Part shown: in pieces, positions 27,500 to 39,701 of the stretch
How positions within the stretch are numbered: position 1 is the first letter of the stretch
Layout of the letters: every line of letters begins with the position of its first letter
NCBI RefSeq assembly: GCF_006345805.1
Contig: NC_042998.1
Span: 206,212,001-206,276,000, forward strand
Length of the DNA: 64,000 nucleotides
From: Octopus sinensis
Taxonomy: Eukaryota
Reading direction: 5' to 3'
Program-made: the position numbers and the translations under genes
Notes under the pieces: generated by a model
What the model saw: only the letters and a program-made list of their open reading frames with translations
What the model was told of the DNA's origin: nothing
Database searches by the model: none

Positions 27500-28111
27500 T
27501 GTAGTGGATGTGTGGATGTATTAATAAATACATAAGTTGTTTTGTAATAAATTAGAGATTTATTTTCACTACATCAATTTGTAAGCAATGCTACACATTG
27601 CTTGTACAGAATGCATATTAAATAATGCTTGCACAAAATACATATTAAAGAATGCTTATACATAATACATATTAAAGGATGCTTATACAGAATACATATT
27701 AAAGAAGAATATGTTTGATGGTGTGTGTGTGTGTGTGTGTGAGTAACTCATGCAGGACAGTCACCTTTATGCATATTCTCTCGTCGTCTCCAAAAATGCG
27801 TAGCGTTCGTTTAGGCGTCGGCTCCGGTTCTCTCTCGATACCGATTTTTCCGTTCTATTTATAAAATTTCAAATAGCCAGAAAAATAGATATATCGCAAG
27901 ACAGTTACTGTTTAAGTAGGTCATCGTTTGTCCAGTTGAACTTCGCCTGACATGGCTCAGGTCAGAGGTCAAAGGGAGCCGATCCATCACTTTTAGTCAG
28001 AACAAAGGAATTCTTGATTTCGCGCCTTTGCATGCATTGGTATCTGACGACCGATGATTCTTGGATTTGATTTCGAATCCAAGCTTAGAGAAGGAAGTGC
28101 TAACTCTTACA
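27500..28111 (-). repeat. 3' LTR (612 bp) with internal ~27-bp tandem repeat x4 and (GT)10
   Basis: By eye identical to 32795-33404 except for one GT unit. Confidence 0.95.
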
Positions 28112-28124
28112 CTACCCCCCTTCT
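28112..28124 (-). promoter_or_regulatory. Polypurine tract AGAAGGGGGGTAG
   Basis: Immediately precedes the 3' LTR on the element strand. Confidence 0.85.
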
Positions 28125-28656
28125 AGTGAGAAAGCCACAGAGATCGAACGATATTGGAATTGTAATTTTTTTTTTTTTTTTTTTGTGTGTATGCAGAAAA
28201 AAAAATTTTACACCTTGAACGATAAAAATATGAATGAAAGGTTTACAGTTTGTATGTGCTATATGGTGGGCAATATGTATATGTGCCCAGGTAGAATTAT
28301 GTTGGCGCGTTGAAAGAGATGTGCGTCTATTGATTACTCGACCTACTAGAGGTCTAATAGAGGCAAGGTGTCTTTCAGTGGCGAAAAAGATCGAGTGATA
28401 GCACGCATGAGAACAAGATTTGTAAATGTGTGTGGATATACAGTTAGCAAAAATATATTTATAAGAAAGCAAAACATTTTGAAGAGAAAACAAAAAATAT
28501 GTACATGCAAAAATGAAAGAAATGTTCATCGGCAAAGTTCGATTTTGAAATGTTCCGTAAAAGTTCATACAGACAGTTTTTTGTTTCCATTTTTTTTTCT
28601 TTATGTACACAAATGTTCTTTGATTTCTCTGGGTGGGTGATGCAGTTATGTGTTCA

Positions 28657-31600
28657 TTAGGAAGATGGATACGTTAGGAGTTCAGAACTTACCCGAAAAA
28701 CTTGCACAAACCTTGCTGGCCATCGAACTGTTCTTCCTGATTTGGTGTGTCGGGGTTGTGCAGAATCTGTGGTGTTCGCTGGAATTGCCGAGTCTGTTCG
28801 AGGAAAAGAGGGGACTGAATGTAAGTCCTCCTCGATGAAAGCTTTTTTTAAACGATCAATCGAGACTGTATTTCGTTTACCTCCAATATCGAGGACGAAA
28901 TACTTGGGTTCTCTTTTGATGACCTTGTAGGGCCCGGAATATGGTGGTCGAAGTTGAGAGGGTATCCCATCATTCCTCACGAAGACATGAGTCCAAGTGT
29001 TGATATCTTTTGGGACACGTGAAACGACGTTCTGTTGTCTGGGGCCTGAAGGTGATAACTGCGACATGGATGTCCGTAATCGGTGCACATATTGTTGTGG
29101 GTCAGGAAAGTTTTGTGATACAGGTTCGATCATCTGTCCAGGTAAAGTGAGTGTTGTGCCATAAACGAGTTCGGCCGGAGTATATCCCAGTTCTTCCTTA
29201 ATCGTGGATCGAATTCCAAGGAGGATGAGAGGGAGATGTTCCAACCAGTGAGAACTGTCTGGAGCTGCTTTGATAGATGCCTTGAGTTGGCGGTGAAAGC
29301 GTTCGACCATGCCATTTGCTGCAGGGTGGTAAGCTGTAGTGCGGGTGTGTTTACATCCGAGGAGACGAGTCAGCTCGGTGAAAAGGTGGGAATCGAACTG
29401 ACGTCCTCTGTCGGTGGTAATTGTTGCAGGTGCGCCAAAATGCGAAACCCATTGTGATATCAGCGTTTTAGCGACCGTTTCTGCTGATATATCAGATAAG
29501 GGCCAGGCTTCGGGCCATCGCGAGAACCTATCTACGCAAGTTAGCAAATATGAATAGTTCTGCGAAGGTGGCAGGGGTCCAACGATATCAATGTGAACGT
29601 GCTGAAATCGTGCGTTGGGTTGCGAAAATGAACCGATTGGTGATTTTATGTGCCGGTGGATTTTCGCTTTTTGGCATGCAACACAGCACTTGGTCCATTC
29701 TCTGATATCCTTGTTGATACTGGTCCACACAAAACGGGTCGATATTAGCTTTTGAGTGGAGCAAATACCAGGATGTGACAGAGAATGTAGAGCGGAGAAA
29801 ACTTCTTGACGATATTTCTGTGGTACATAAGGGCGTTGGTAACCAGTGGAAATATCACACCAAATATGGGCTGTGGATGATGGTAGCGGAACATGCTGAA
29901 ATTTCAGAGATGACGAATTCCGGAGCTTTAGAAGTTCTTCGTCATTCTCCTGGTCAGCTGCTATACGTGCCAGATCAATTGTAGACGTGGTGTGGATAGC
30001 ATTGATCTGCGCACGTGAAAGTGCATCGGCTGCTACGTTGGTCGTCCCTTTGATGTGGCATATATCCGTCGTGTACTGCGATATGAAGTCGAGGTGGCGG
30101 ATTTCTCTCGGCGAGTGGCGATCCGGCTTGGTGTTAAATGCGTATACTAATGGCTTGTGGTCGGTGTATATGGCAAAATTGGTACCTTCTAGCATATGAT
30201 GGAAATGCTTAACGGCCAGGTATGCCGCCAATAATTCCCGACTGAATGTGCTGTACTTGGTTTCCGCGGGTTTTAACCGCTTAGAAAAGAAAGACAACGG
30301 TTGCCATATACCGTCAACAAGCTGTTGTAGCACACCTCCAATTCCGGAATCGGATGCATCAATGAGTAAACATCGTGGGGCGTCTGGTTTTGGATAAACC
30401 AACATGGTAGCGCTAGATAACACTTTTTTCAGGGCAGCGAAAGAAACGAGTTGATCTTCGGTCAGAGCTATATCTGCATTTTTACAGGTTCGCTGATGTA
30501 GCAAATCTGTGAGCGGTTGCGCTATTTCAGCGAGGTGGGGCACGAACCGTCGATAGAAATTCGCTAGACCGAGATATTCCCTTAATTTGCGGAGAGATGT
30601 GGGTGGTGGAAAATCCACGATGGCCTTGACTTTCTCGGGAAGGGGACGAATTCCATTTTTATCGACGATATGCCCGAGAAAATGAAGGGAAGCAACTCCG
30701 AACAAACATTTAGTAGGGTTGATAACAACACCAAATTGACGGAGGCGTTCGAATAGCAGGTGAAGGTGTTGATTATGTTCTTCGTCCGAGTTACTGGCCA
30801 CGAGTATGTCGTCTATGTATGCATAGACGAAAGGCAAACCTCTAGTCACCATGTCGATAAACCTTTGGAATGTCTGTGCCGCGTTTCGTAAACCGAAAGG
30901 CATATGCAGGAATTCAAACATTCCGAAAGGTGTAGTAACTGCTGTCTTTGAGATGTCCGCAGGTTCGACTGGGATTTGGTTGTATGCTCGCACCAGGTCG
31001 ATTTTGGAAAAGATGCGAGCTCCATGCAGCGAGCTCGAAAAGTCCTGAAGAAAAGGCACCGGATAGGCATCACTGATAGTGCTTTTATTCAGTGATCGAT
31101 AATCGCCGCAAACCCGCCAATCGGTCGATGATTTTTTTGGGACGCAGTGTATCAGCGAGGACCAGTTGCTGCTGGAAACGCGGATGATTCCGAGGTCGAG
31201 CATGTGCTGGAATTCCCGCTTGATGGCCTGGAGATGATCAGGTGGTAACCTTCTGGGCCTTGCAGCAACAGGTGGACCGCTGGTTTTGATGTGGTGGGTA
31301 ACGTCGTGTTTTATCGGCTGGTTATGAAAAACTGGTCGCGCGACATCTGGATATTCATTCAGGATGGAACTGTGATGAGTCGTTGTCGTAAGCATTACAG
31401 TTGGGCTGACTGTGTCCATTCGAGCGGCTATACCGCGCACAGTAAGCTTGGTGGTGGTGTCGACAAGTCGTCTGTTCTTTATGTCTACCAGGAGACCGAA
31501 ATGATGCAAGAAATTGGCTCCTAAGATAGGGGTCGGCAGTTTAGCGACGACGAATACCCACTGAAATGTGCGGCGAAGTCCTATGTTCAATGTTAGGGAC

Positions 31601-31899
31601 TGTTCACCGTAGGTTGGAATGGGTGAATGGTTGACTGCCTGAAGACAGACTGATGTCTCTTTTCTTTTTCCAGAAGTGTTGGAGACTGGGATGATGCTGA
31701 CTTCCGCACCTGTGTCAACCAGGAAACGCGTGCCTGTTACACGATCGCAAATGAAAAACAGGCGACTGTGTGGGTGCGAACCAGGAACTTCCGTCGCGTT
31801 CAATTCCTGGCTGTGCCATTTCTCGAACTGGGTGAGGAAAACGAGCACGGTACCGTACATTTTTGTGCCCGTGTTCCAAATGTTCGGTGGTACCAACAC
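28657..31899 (-). CDS. pol: Pol polyprotein (protease, RT, RNase H, integrase), open 1080 codons, -1 frame to gag
   Basis: [24 protein letters not shown], and HIDIVGP/DRGRQF/ERFH. Confidence 0.97.
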   Translation of the reverse strand: MLVPPNIWNTGTKMYGTVLVFLTQFEKWHSQELNATEVPGSHPHSRLFFICDRVTGTRFLVDTGAEVSIIPVSNTSGKRKETSVCLQAVNHSPIPTYGEQSLTLNIGLRRTFQWVFVVAKLPTPILGANFLHHFGLLVDIKNRRLVDTTTKLTVRGIAARMDTVSPTVMLTTTTHHSSILNEYPDVARPVFHNQPIKHDVTHHIKTSGPPVAARPRRLPPDHLQAIKREFQHMLDLGIIRVSSSNWSSLIHCVPKKSSTDWRVCGDYRSLNKSTISDAYPVPFLQDFSSSLHGARIFSKIDLVRAYNQIPVEPADISKTAVTTPFGMFEFLHMPFGLRNAAQTFQRFIDMVTRGLPFVYAYIDDILVASNSDEEHNQHLHLLFERLRQFGVVINPTKCLFGVASLHFLGHIVDKNGIRPLPEKVKAIVDFPPPTSLRKLREYLGLANFYRRFVPHLAEIAQPLTDLLHQRTCKNADIALTEDQLVSFAALKKVLSSATMLVYPKPDAPRCLLIDASDSGIGGVLQQLVDGIWQPLSFFSKRLKPAETKYSTFSRELLAAYLAVKHFHHMLEGTNFAIYTDHKPLVYAFNTKPDRHSPREIRHLDFISQYTTDICHIKGTTNVAADALSRAQINAIHTTSTIDLARIAADQENDEELLKLRNSSSLKFQHVPLPSSTAHIWCDISTGYQRPYVPQKYRQEVFSALHSLSHPGICSTQKLISTRFVWTSINKDIREWTKCCVACQKAKIHRHIKSPIGSFSQPNARFQHVHIDIVGPLPPSQNYSYLLTCVDRFSRWPEAWPLSDISAETVAKTLISQWVSHFGAPATITTDRGRQFDSHLFTELTRLLGCKHTRTTAYHPAANGMVERFHRQLKASIKAAPDSSHWLEHLPLILLGIRSTIKEELGYTPAELVYGTTLTLPGQMIEPVSQNFPDPQQYVHRLRTSMSQLSPSGPRQQNVVSRVPKDINTWTHVFVRNDGIPSQLRPPYSGPYKVIKREPKYFVLDIGGKRNTVSIDRLKKAFIEEDLHSVPSFPRTDSAIPANTTDSAQPRHTKSGRTVRWPARFVQVFRVSSELLTYPSS

Positions 31900-32765
31900 G
31901 TGTCATGTGAGTTGCGGGTAGCACTGGGGCTTCGGGACCGTCTGCCATCTCGTCGAGATCGGCTGGTGCTTCGACGCTGGGGACTAAGCTTTAGGGCTTG
32001 TATTTGGGCTGTGAGGATTTGTATTTGCGCAGCTTGCTGCGTCATTAATGCACGCAAATCCGAAATCTCGGAAGAACTGGTTTGTGCACGGAAAGGATTG
32101 GTACTGGGAGCGGCTGGCGTCACCGTCGATACCGTTGGATATTTGTGCGGTACTTTGGCTATTTTGTCAGCTAGCTCTGCCAGTTCTTCAAGGGATGTGT
32201 TTTCTCTGGTGGACGCGAGAACAACCTGGGTATTGGAGGGCAGACGCTGGAGAAAAAGTTGCTTGAAAATTTTTTCTGGGAGCGTCTCATCTCCGAGAAG
32301 CTGCTTCATTCTACGAAGAAGCTGGGACGGCGTTTTGTCACCCAATTCTTCCGATATCAGAAGCTGGTGAAGTCTTTTTTGTTGGGATTCGGAGGTTCTG
32401 TTTATTAACGTGGTTTAAAAAACTTCGTATGAAACAGAACCGGGTGGTGCCATGATAAGGTCACGTATTACGTTCGTTATTTCTGGCGACAGAGAACTGA
32501 TAACATGAGAAAGGCGAGACGCATCGCTCAGTATTCTGTGAGAGGCAAACTGTGCCTCTATATGGTAAAACCACAATGTAGGGTCGTGGGTCCAGAATGG
32601 TGGAATTTTTAAAGAAATCGCCGCTTGGAATGCCATGTCGATGTTGGCCGCTGGATTCTGTTCCGGGAGGTCCATTGTTTTCGTCGGAATTTTCAGTTGC
32701 TTGGTTGCTGGGTGATGTGCAAACTGTAATTCTTCGACGCGGTTGATGAAGCTGGTTCCGGGCAA
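31800..32765 (-). CDS. gag: Gag, interrupted by one in-frame TAA at 32415-32417
   Basis: ORFs 32415-32765 and 31800-32345 are in the same frame. Motifs LKIPPFW..DP.LWF...[17 protein letters not shown] and [18 protein letters not shown]. Confidence 0.88.
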
Positions 32766-32781
32766 GGCGCGATTCGTTTTA

Positions 32782-32792
32782 CGGGGTCACCA
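32782..32792 (-). promoter_or_regulatory. Primer binding site TGGTGACCCCG (tRNA-Trp)
   Basis: Lies 2 nt inside the 5' LTR; complementary to the tRNA-Trp 3' end CGGGGUCACCA. Confidence 0.85.
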
Positions 32793-32794
32793 AA

Positions 32795-33404
32795 TGTAGT
32801 GGATGTGTGGATGTATTAATAAATACATAAGTTGTTTTGTAATAAATTAGAGATTTATTTTCACTACATCAATTTGTAAGCAATGCTACACATTGCTTGT
32901 ACAGAATGCATATTAAATAATGCTTGCACAAAATACATATTAAAGAATGCTTATACATAATACATATTAAAGGATGCTTATACAGAATACATATTAAAGA
33001 AGAATATGTTTGATGGTGTGTGTGTGTGTGTGTGAGTAACTCATGCAGGACAGTCACCTTTATGCATATTCTCTCGTCGTCTCCAAAAATGCGTAGCGTT
33101 CGTTTAGGCGTCGGCTCCGGTTCTCTCTCGATACCGATTTTTCCGTTCTATTTATAAAATTTCAAATAGCCAGAAAAATAGATATATCGCAAGACAGTTA
33201 CTGTTTAAGTAGGTCATCGTTTGTCCAGTTGAACTTCGCCTGACATGGCTCAGGTCAGAGGTCAAAGGGAGCCGATCCATCACTTTTAGTCAGAACAAAG
33301 GAATTCTTGATTTCGCGCCTTTGCATGCATTGGTATCTGACGACCGATGATTCTTGGATTTGATTTCGAATCCAAGCTTAGAGAAGGAAGTGCTAACTCT
33401 TACA
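32795..33404 (-). repeat. 5' LTR (610 bp), (GT)9
   Basis: Direct repeat of 27500-28111. Confidence 0.95.
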
Positions 33405-34850
33405 CATTTAGTAATTAGTCAGAGGAGAAGTGGAACTGCTAGGGTCTTTATACTCATAGGTTTTCAAAAATTAGTGATATGAATGTGATTAAGATTCTCT
33501 GGAATAATTACAAGTTGATGTCTGCAGCAAAAACATGAAAAAAAAAAAAAAAAAGAAAGGAATTTCAGAAAAGCAATATTCAAGGAAGCAGGACTGGGTA
33601 TAGTGGCCAAGTGTGGACAGGGCTGTCTGTAGGGCATTACAGATCCCCAGACAAATCAATGAACTGGCCCCTATAGTATTTATTGACTGCAAGTCACAAC
33701 ATACATAGATCAGAATTGGGTCCCTACAGAGTTATGAAGCTGCTAGGTAACTGGCAGGTGTGGACATATCTTTAAACAATACTGGATGTGGATAACACAA
33801 TATCAGTGACAAAAAACAAGTGAGTTGAGAGTACACAAGTGGAGGTGGGCATGAGATCAGTCAACAGTGAGGAGAAAAGGTGACCATAGTAACAATAGAA
33901 AAGGAAAGAAGAAGAGAGAACATGTGTCTGAACCAGAGGCTGGAGTGCATTGGAGAGGGGCCTCATGCTAATCAGTTGAGTAGATATGGTGCAAGACAGT
34001 GATTCAGATAGGAGGTGGTGGGATGAATGAGGAAGTTTGTGGAAATGCTGCCATATTTGATAAATTTAACATGGTTTTAATCCTGTCCAAAAGCATGGCA
34101 TAAAGTCTCATGAATTATTTAATCTTATTAACAAGGTGAGTGGGGGAAGGGTAGAAATATTCCCACTTATATTTGATGTGGAAGAAGTGGGGGCTCTGGG
34201 AGATCTGGTATTTGTCTGTTTGATGACCACTGGATTGAAATATTTGTGCATGTGCAGTAACACTATCCCAAAGGGGGTGGGCAGTGGGCCATTGAGTTTC
34301 ATTTGAGTTTTATAGAGAATTAGTTGCTGTTGGTGTGGAGAAGAGTTTTATACATACATACACACATATATACTTCTATATACATAAATACATACATAGA
34401 AAGCCTTTGATTCTGTCCCCCATTCATGGAGCTCTTCAACTTGCTTAGCTAAAGTTCCAGAGAACATAATCAAAGCCATAGCTAATCTTCTCTCAAGTTC
34501 TGCCCAGAGTTTTAGTGCCAAGCTGCTTATAACTAGATGAAAAAGCATGAACTTCAAAGACATTTGATATGACATTCTGACTTTGTGGTATGTTCCCTAG
34601 TAACCTGATGGGTCAATAAATTGTATGTATGCATGAAAATTGAATGGGGTTCAAATCCTAGGTCTTGCTACAGAGAATCTACTCCCATTCAGAAAGTTAC
34701 AAAGGATGAATAAAACAACAAAATAGGAGTGACATTTACATACAAATAACAGAATGTAAATATATGTGCAAAGAGTAAACAAGATGTAAATGATGTGATA
34801 GTAGTCACTGTCAATAAATGCAACAAAAAAATATATATTGTAACCATATA

Positions 34851-35068
34851 CAGTAATCCCTTGATTATCGTAGGTGTTACATTCCAAAACACCCCATGAT
34901 AGGTAAAAATCTGTGAAGCAGAAACAGTACTTTACTGTATATTTTTTAAATTTTTATAATTTGTATACATTTATTTTATTATAAATGCAAAGCAACACCA
35001 TGGAGGAATCAACGTAAGCTTAAATAATAAACTGTGATTGGTGAATGGTGATATGGCAAGGGATTACA
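34851..35068. mobile_element. pogo/Tigger-like MITE
   Basis: TA then CAGTAATCCCTTG at the left end; inverted CAAGGGATTAC at the right end; no ORF. Confidence 0.5.
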
Positions 35069-35593
35069 AGCAATAGAAATGTAGTAGAAAATTACTACTA
35101 TTATTATCATTACATACAATTGTCATAGTTCTGGAATTTTTTTTATTTGTAACACAATTCAAATGTAGTAAGTTTGTGTATACTTAACTGATTGATGTTC
35201 CTAAAGTTGCGTAAAGAAAATGCAGAAGCCTAATGCATCAGGTACTGTGGCCATGTGCAATTACTGTGCGTAAGCAAGGATGATAAACTGCCAGAGACAT
35301 GCTGGCTGGGTTGTCAGGTAAACTTACTCAATGAACAAAATGACCCAAATGAGTTGGTATGGAAGAGAATGATTATTGGTTGCAAACAAGGGCACAGAAA
35401 GCATGGTCTGTGTTCCTAATTTTGGAAATGCCAGGAAAATATTGCAGGTCAAGTTAAGCTAGGAAGTGAATTTAGAGTCATGGACCAGTATTGCAATGTA
35501 GTGTGAATTGTCATTGTGGCATCTGACATGAGCAGAGTCAGGTTATTAGAATTGAGTTGGCACAGACATAGAAAAAGATTGCTGAAAGAACAA

Positions 35594-35594
<1 letters not shown>

Positions 35595-35624
<30 letters not shown>

Positions 35625-35683
35625 TGTATGTATGTATGTATGTATGTATGTATGTATGTATGTATGTATGTATGTATGTATGT
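35595..35683. repeat. (TATG)n microsatellite
   Basis: Direct reading. Confidence 0.95.
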
Positions 35684-36036
35684 ACTGTTTATGCTAACAA
35701 GAAAAATGTAGCAAAATTAAGCTGAGAAAACTGCAAACATGAAAACAAGCAGCTAAACTATTGCAAAGACAGTGTGTAGTGTGAATGTATGAGGAACAGT
35801 GTACAATGACCAGAAAGAATTGGAACACCATTTAAAATGCATTCTCGTATGTGAGAAAATGTAAATTGCAGTATGTTTGCTAGAAAATGAGTGCACAATA
35901 TGCATGAAATTGACTAAATGCAAAACTAGCTTTAAACACAACTGATTGCAAGCTTAGAGCATGTGCTAGCATGTAAACGAATGAAATTTGCAGAGCTGCC
36001 ATTATTTTTTTTAACAGAAAAAAAGTGACATGTACA

Positions 36037-36690
36037 TCATCATCATTTAACGTCTGTTTTCCATGCTGGCATGGGTTGCACGGTTTGACTGAGGACTGGC
36101 AAACCAGAAAGCTGCACCAGGCCCCAATCTGATCTGGCAAGGTTTCTACTGCTGGATGCCCTTCCTAATGCCAACCGCTCAGAGAGTGTAGTGAGTGCTT
36201 TTTATGTGTCAATCAGGTGGTACTGGCATTGACCATGCTCGAATGGTGCTTTTTACATGCCATCGGCATGGGAGTCAGTCAGGCGGCATCAACCACATTT
36301 GAATGATGCTTTTTACATGCCACCAGTACGGGTGCCAGTCAGGCGGTACTGGCATCAGCCACAACAATGATATCACTTGACTCAGCAGGTCTTCTCAAGC
36401 ACAGTTTATTGCCTAATGATTGAAGGGTACTTTTAAATGGGCTGGTTATGCTACACTGGTATAGGCCATGGTTATGGTCTCACTTGGCCTACCATATCTT
36501 CTCAAGTACAACATATCTCCAAAGGTCTCAGTCACTTGTCATTGCCTCCATGAGGCCCAACGTTTGAAGGTCATGCTTCACCACCTCATCCTAGGTCTTC
36601 CTGGGTCTATCTCTTCCACAGGTTCCCTCCATTGTTGGGGTGTGACATTTTTTCACACGGCTGTCCTCATCCATATACAATACATGTACC
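36037..36690 (-). mobile_element. RTE 3' UTR/tail fragment
   Basis: (CAT)n-TTTAACGTC tail and GGTGCTTTTTACATGCC repeats, as in the other copies. Confidence 0.8.
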
Positions 36691-37685
36691 CACTGGATTA
36701 ATGGTAGTGAGAGTACAGAAAATAGGAAGATGCAAATAATAGTTTATGAGAGTCTATAATGCAGTCTTTAAGCACTTCAGTACATTTTTGCATTTGGTGT
36801 GTTTTATTTGGTGGTGCCTTTTTCTATATCTCAAAGTTAGCTGCATTTGTTGAACAAAAGACTACATAATTCAGAAATCTGCAGTTATAGAGCTGTGAAA
36901 TTTGGCTGCAAAAGAGTTGTCTTTGGTTTCCTCTCAGGTTCATGTTGAAAGTTGGCTACTATTTCATGCAGACTATAAATTTAGTAGCTGGAACAATTGT
37001 TGTTGTTATACAACACTATTATGATGATGAAATTGTAGATTACCAAAGCGGGAGTGTAAACAGTGAAAATTATGTTGGCAGCTTCTTACCACTTTGGTGT
37101 TTAAGCTGTTGTCTCGGCATTCTGCTGTTTGCTTGCCTTCTTTCATTGGCTTCCCTGAGATAATTCCCTAAATTTAGGGCAAAATGCTTCTCCTGATAAT
37201 GAACATATGACAAAGAGGTTTTTTTTTCTTTGATTGGAGATAGTAAATCATATCCAAAATAACGACGAGAGTTTTGTGCTGAAGTGTGTCTCTCTTTTGA
37301 AAGAGTGGTGATCTGATGAGGTAGCTTTCTTTATCTGCACTGATTTTTAAATATACAATTGTATTGTATAATGCAAAGCAAGTATATTAGTGCAGACATG
37401 TAAGCATAATTTATTATACACCAAAATATTATGATAAAGGCTGCAAAACACCTGTAATGTTAAGGATGACAAGTGGTTAAATAAATATATTCACCTCTTG
37501 TTCTTCCTGACTTTTCATGGTTTATATTCTCATGAAATAATTTCATTGATTGGATCTCGTGGATTTCAGCTTCATAGAATTCTGCATTATACTCCTCTAT
37601 ATTGGATTACTGTGATCTGTTAGCAGAGTTTTCTAGAGGAGCTTTCTGTGATAGTCACACGAATCTATGAATTCATATATTACAC

Positions 37686-37731
<46 letters not shown>

Positions 37732-37734
<3 letters not shown>

Positions 37735-39490
37735 TCATCATCATCATTTAACATCTGTTGTCCATGCTGGCATGGGTTGGGCAGTTTGACCAGGGCTGGC
37801 ATGCTGGAAAGCTACACCAGATACAAGTCTGATTTAGCATGGTTTCTACAGCTGGATGCCCTTCCTAACACCAAACACTTCAAGAGTGTAATGGGTACTC
37901 TTATGTGCCACCAGTATGGGTACCAGTTACATGACACCAGCACTAGCCACGACTATGATTTCACTTAATTTGGTAGGTCTTCTCAAGCATAGCATATTGC
38001 TAAAAGTCTTGGTCACTAGTCATTGCTTCAGTTACGTCCAAAGTTCAAAGATTATGCTTCACCACCTCATCTCATATCTTCCTGGGTCTACCTCTGCCCA
38101 CAGGTTCCCTCCACAGTTAGAGATCAGCATTTCTTTACAAAGCTGTCTTCATCCATATGCATCACATGACCATACCAGCACAGTTGTCTCTCTTGCATGC
38201 CACATCTGATACTACTTATGCCCAAATTTTCTCTCAAGATACTTACACTCTGACATTGCACATCCAGTGAAGCACACAGGCTTCATTTCTTTCAAGCCTA
38301 TGCATGGCTTTGGTTAGCACAGCCCATGTGTCACTGTCTTATAGCATCACTGTTCACATACAGGCTTCATACAATCTGCCTTTCACTCTGAGGGAGAGGC
38401 CCTTCATTGCCAGCAGAGGTAGGAGCTCTCTGAACTTTGCCCAACCAATTATTCTCACAGCTACGCTCTTGGAGCATCCACCTCTGCTACTAACTTGATC
38501 ACCTAGACAATGGAAGCTATCTGCTACCTCTAACTAACCCCACTGGCATTTGATGGAGTATATTTTCTGTACATTTTTAGTGTTTATTGTACTTGTGCAT
38601 CTTCCACACACAAAAGCTGTTTTCCCTGTTAACCTTCCTCTGATATTACTGTCCATAGCTTACACTGGGTACATCTTATGGAGTTTCTACCTACGCCTTT
38701 TCTGCAGATTGAGCAAGGCTACCTATCTGAAGAGATTTGTCTGCCTTCCTACTTACTAAAACTTTGGTTTTTGCTAGGTTAACTCTAATGCCCTTTGATT
38801 CTAGACCTTGCTTCCATACCTGAAACTTCTCTAGTTCTGATGGTGATTCAGGTCTAAGAGCAAGGTCATCAGCATAGAGGAGCTTCCAGGTCATCAGCAT
38901 AGAGGAGCTTCCTCTGTTATTGCCTGGAGGACTATGATGAACAAGAGGGGGATGAGGATCAATCCTTGGCGAACCCCTACTTGTACCTTGAATTCTTCGC
39001 TGTACTCGTTGCCAACCCTCATCTTACTGGTAGCACCCCTGTATATGGTTTGTACAGTTCTTACCAATCACTCATCTATCCCTAGTTTCTGCATTGACCA
39101 CCAGATAAGGGATTGGGAGACCCTGTCAAAGGCTTTCTCCAAGTCAACAGAAGCTAAGTACACAAGTTTATCTTTGGCCATGTATTTCTTATCTCCTGCA
39201 GCTTCCTTTACCAGAAATATAGCCTCAGTGGTGCTTCTCCTTAGCACAAAACCAAACTGCATCTCATCTAAACTAACTCTCTCCCTAATTAGTTAGGCTG
39301 TGACCCTCTCTGTAACTTTCATCACCCGATCCAACAATTTGTTACCCCTGTAATTACTTCTAAAGCATCACCTTTACCTTTGTAGCAGTTGACTATGGTG
39401 CTGCTACACCAGTCATTGGGTTTGACTTCTTCTTGTACTACCTGATTTACAATATGGCTGACTAGACCATAACCCACACCACCAGATTTT
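37732..39490 (-). mobile_element. Decayed RTE LINE
   Basis: MQFGFVLRRSTTEAIFLV, DLEKAFDRVS and LYADDLAL fragments; tail at 37732. Confidence 0.82.
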
Positions 39491-39649
39491 ATATATATAT
39501 ATAACAACCAGTAAGTTAGAGGTTGTGGATCCAACCCACTAAGGGATAATACTTATCCAATATACTGTTGGTAAATAAATAAATAAATCAACATTCTAAT
39601 ATCCTTAAGCTGATAAACCAACTAAATTGTTTCTCGATTTTCTTATTTG

Positions 39650-39701
<52 letters not shown>

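Larger units (their letters stand above)
27500..33404 (-). mobile_element. Full-length Ty3/Gypsy LTR retrotransposon, CsRn1 clade
   Basis: Two LTRs with TGTA..TACA ends, tRNA-Trp PBS, PPT, gag with a CHCC motif, and pol in PR-RT-RH-IN order. Confidence 0.97.

Noticed and set aside
28112-28656. env-like third ORF in the Gypsy element
   Set aside because: The region is AT-rich with homopolymers; its ORFs are low-complexity with no signal peptide or fusion-protein pattern.
31768-32370. 200-aa antisense ORF over gag
   Set aside because: Typical shadow ORF of a GC-richer coding strand; no motifs.
32405-32425. TTTAAAC as a programmed -1 frameshift site in gag
   Set aside because: The downstream gag continues in the same frame, so a frameshift would not rescue it; a nonsense change or base-call error is simpler.
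36920-37200. Strong acceptor TTTCCTCTCAG followed by a 73-aa ORF
   Set aside because: No recognisable homology, convincing donor or partner exon; cannot be supported without RNA data.
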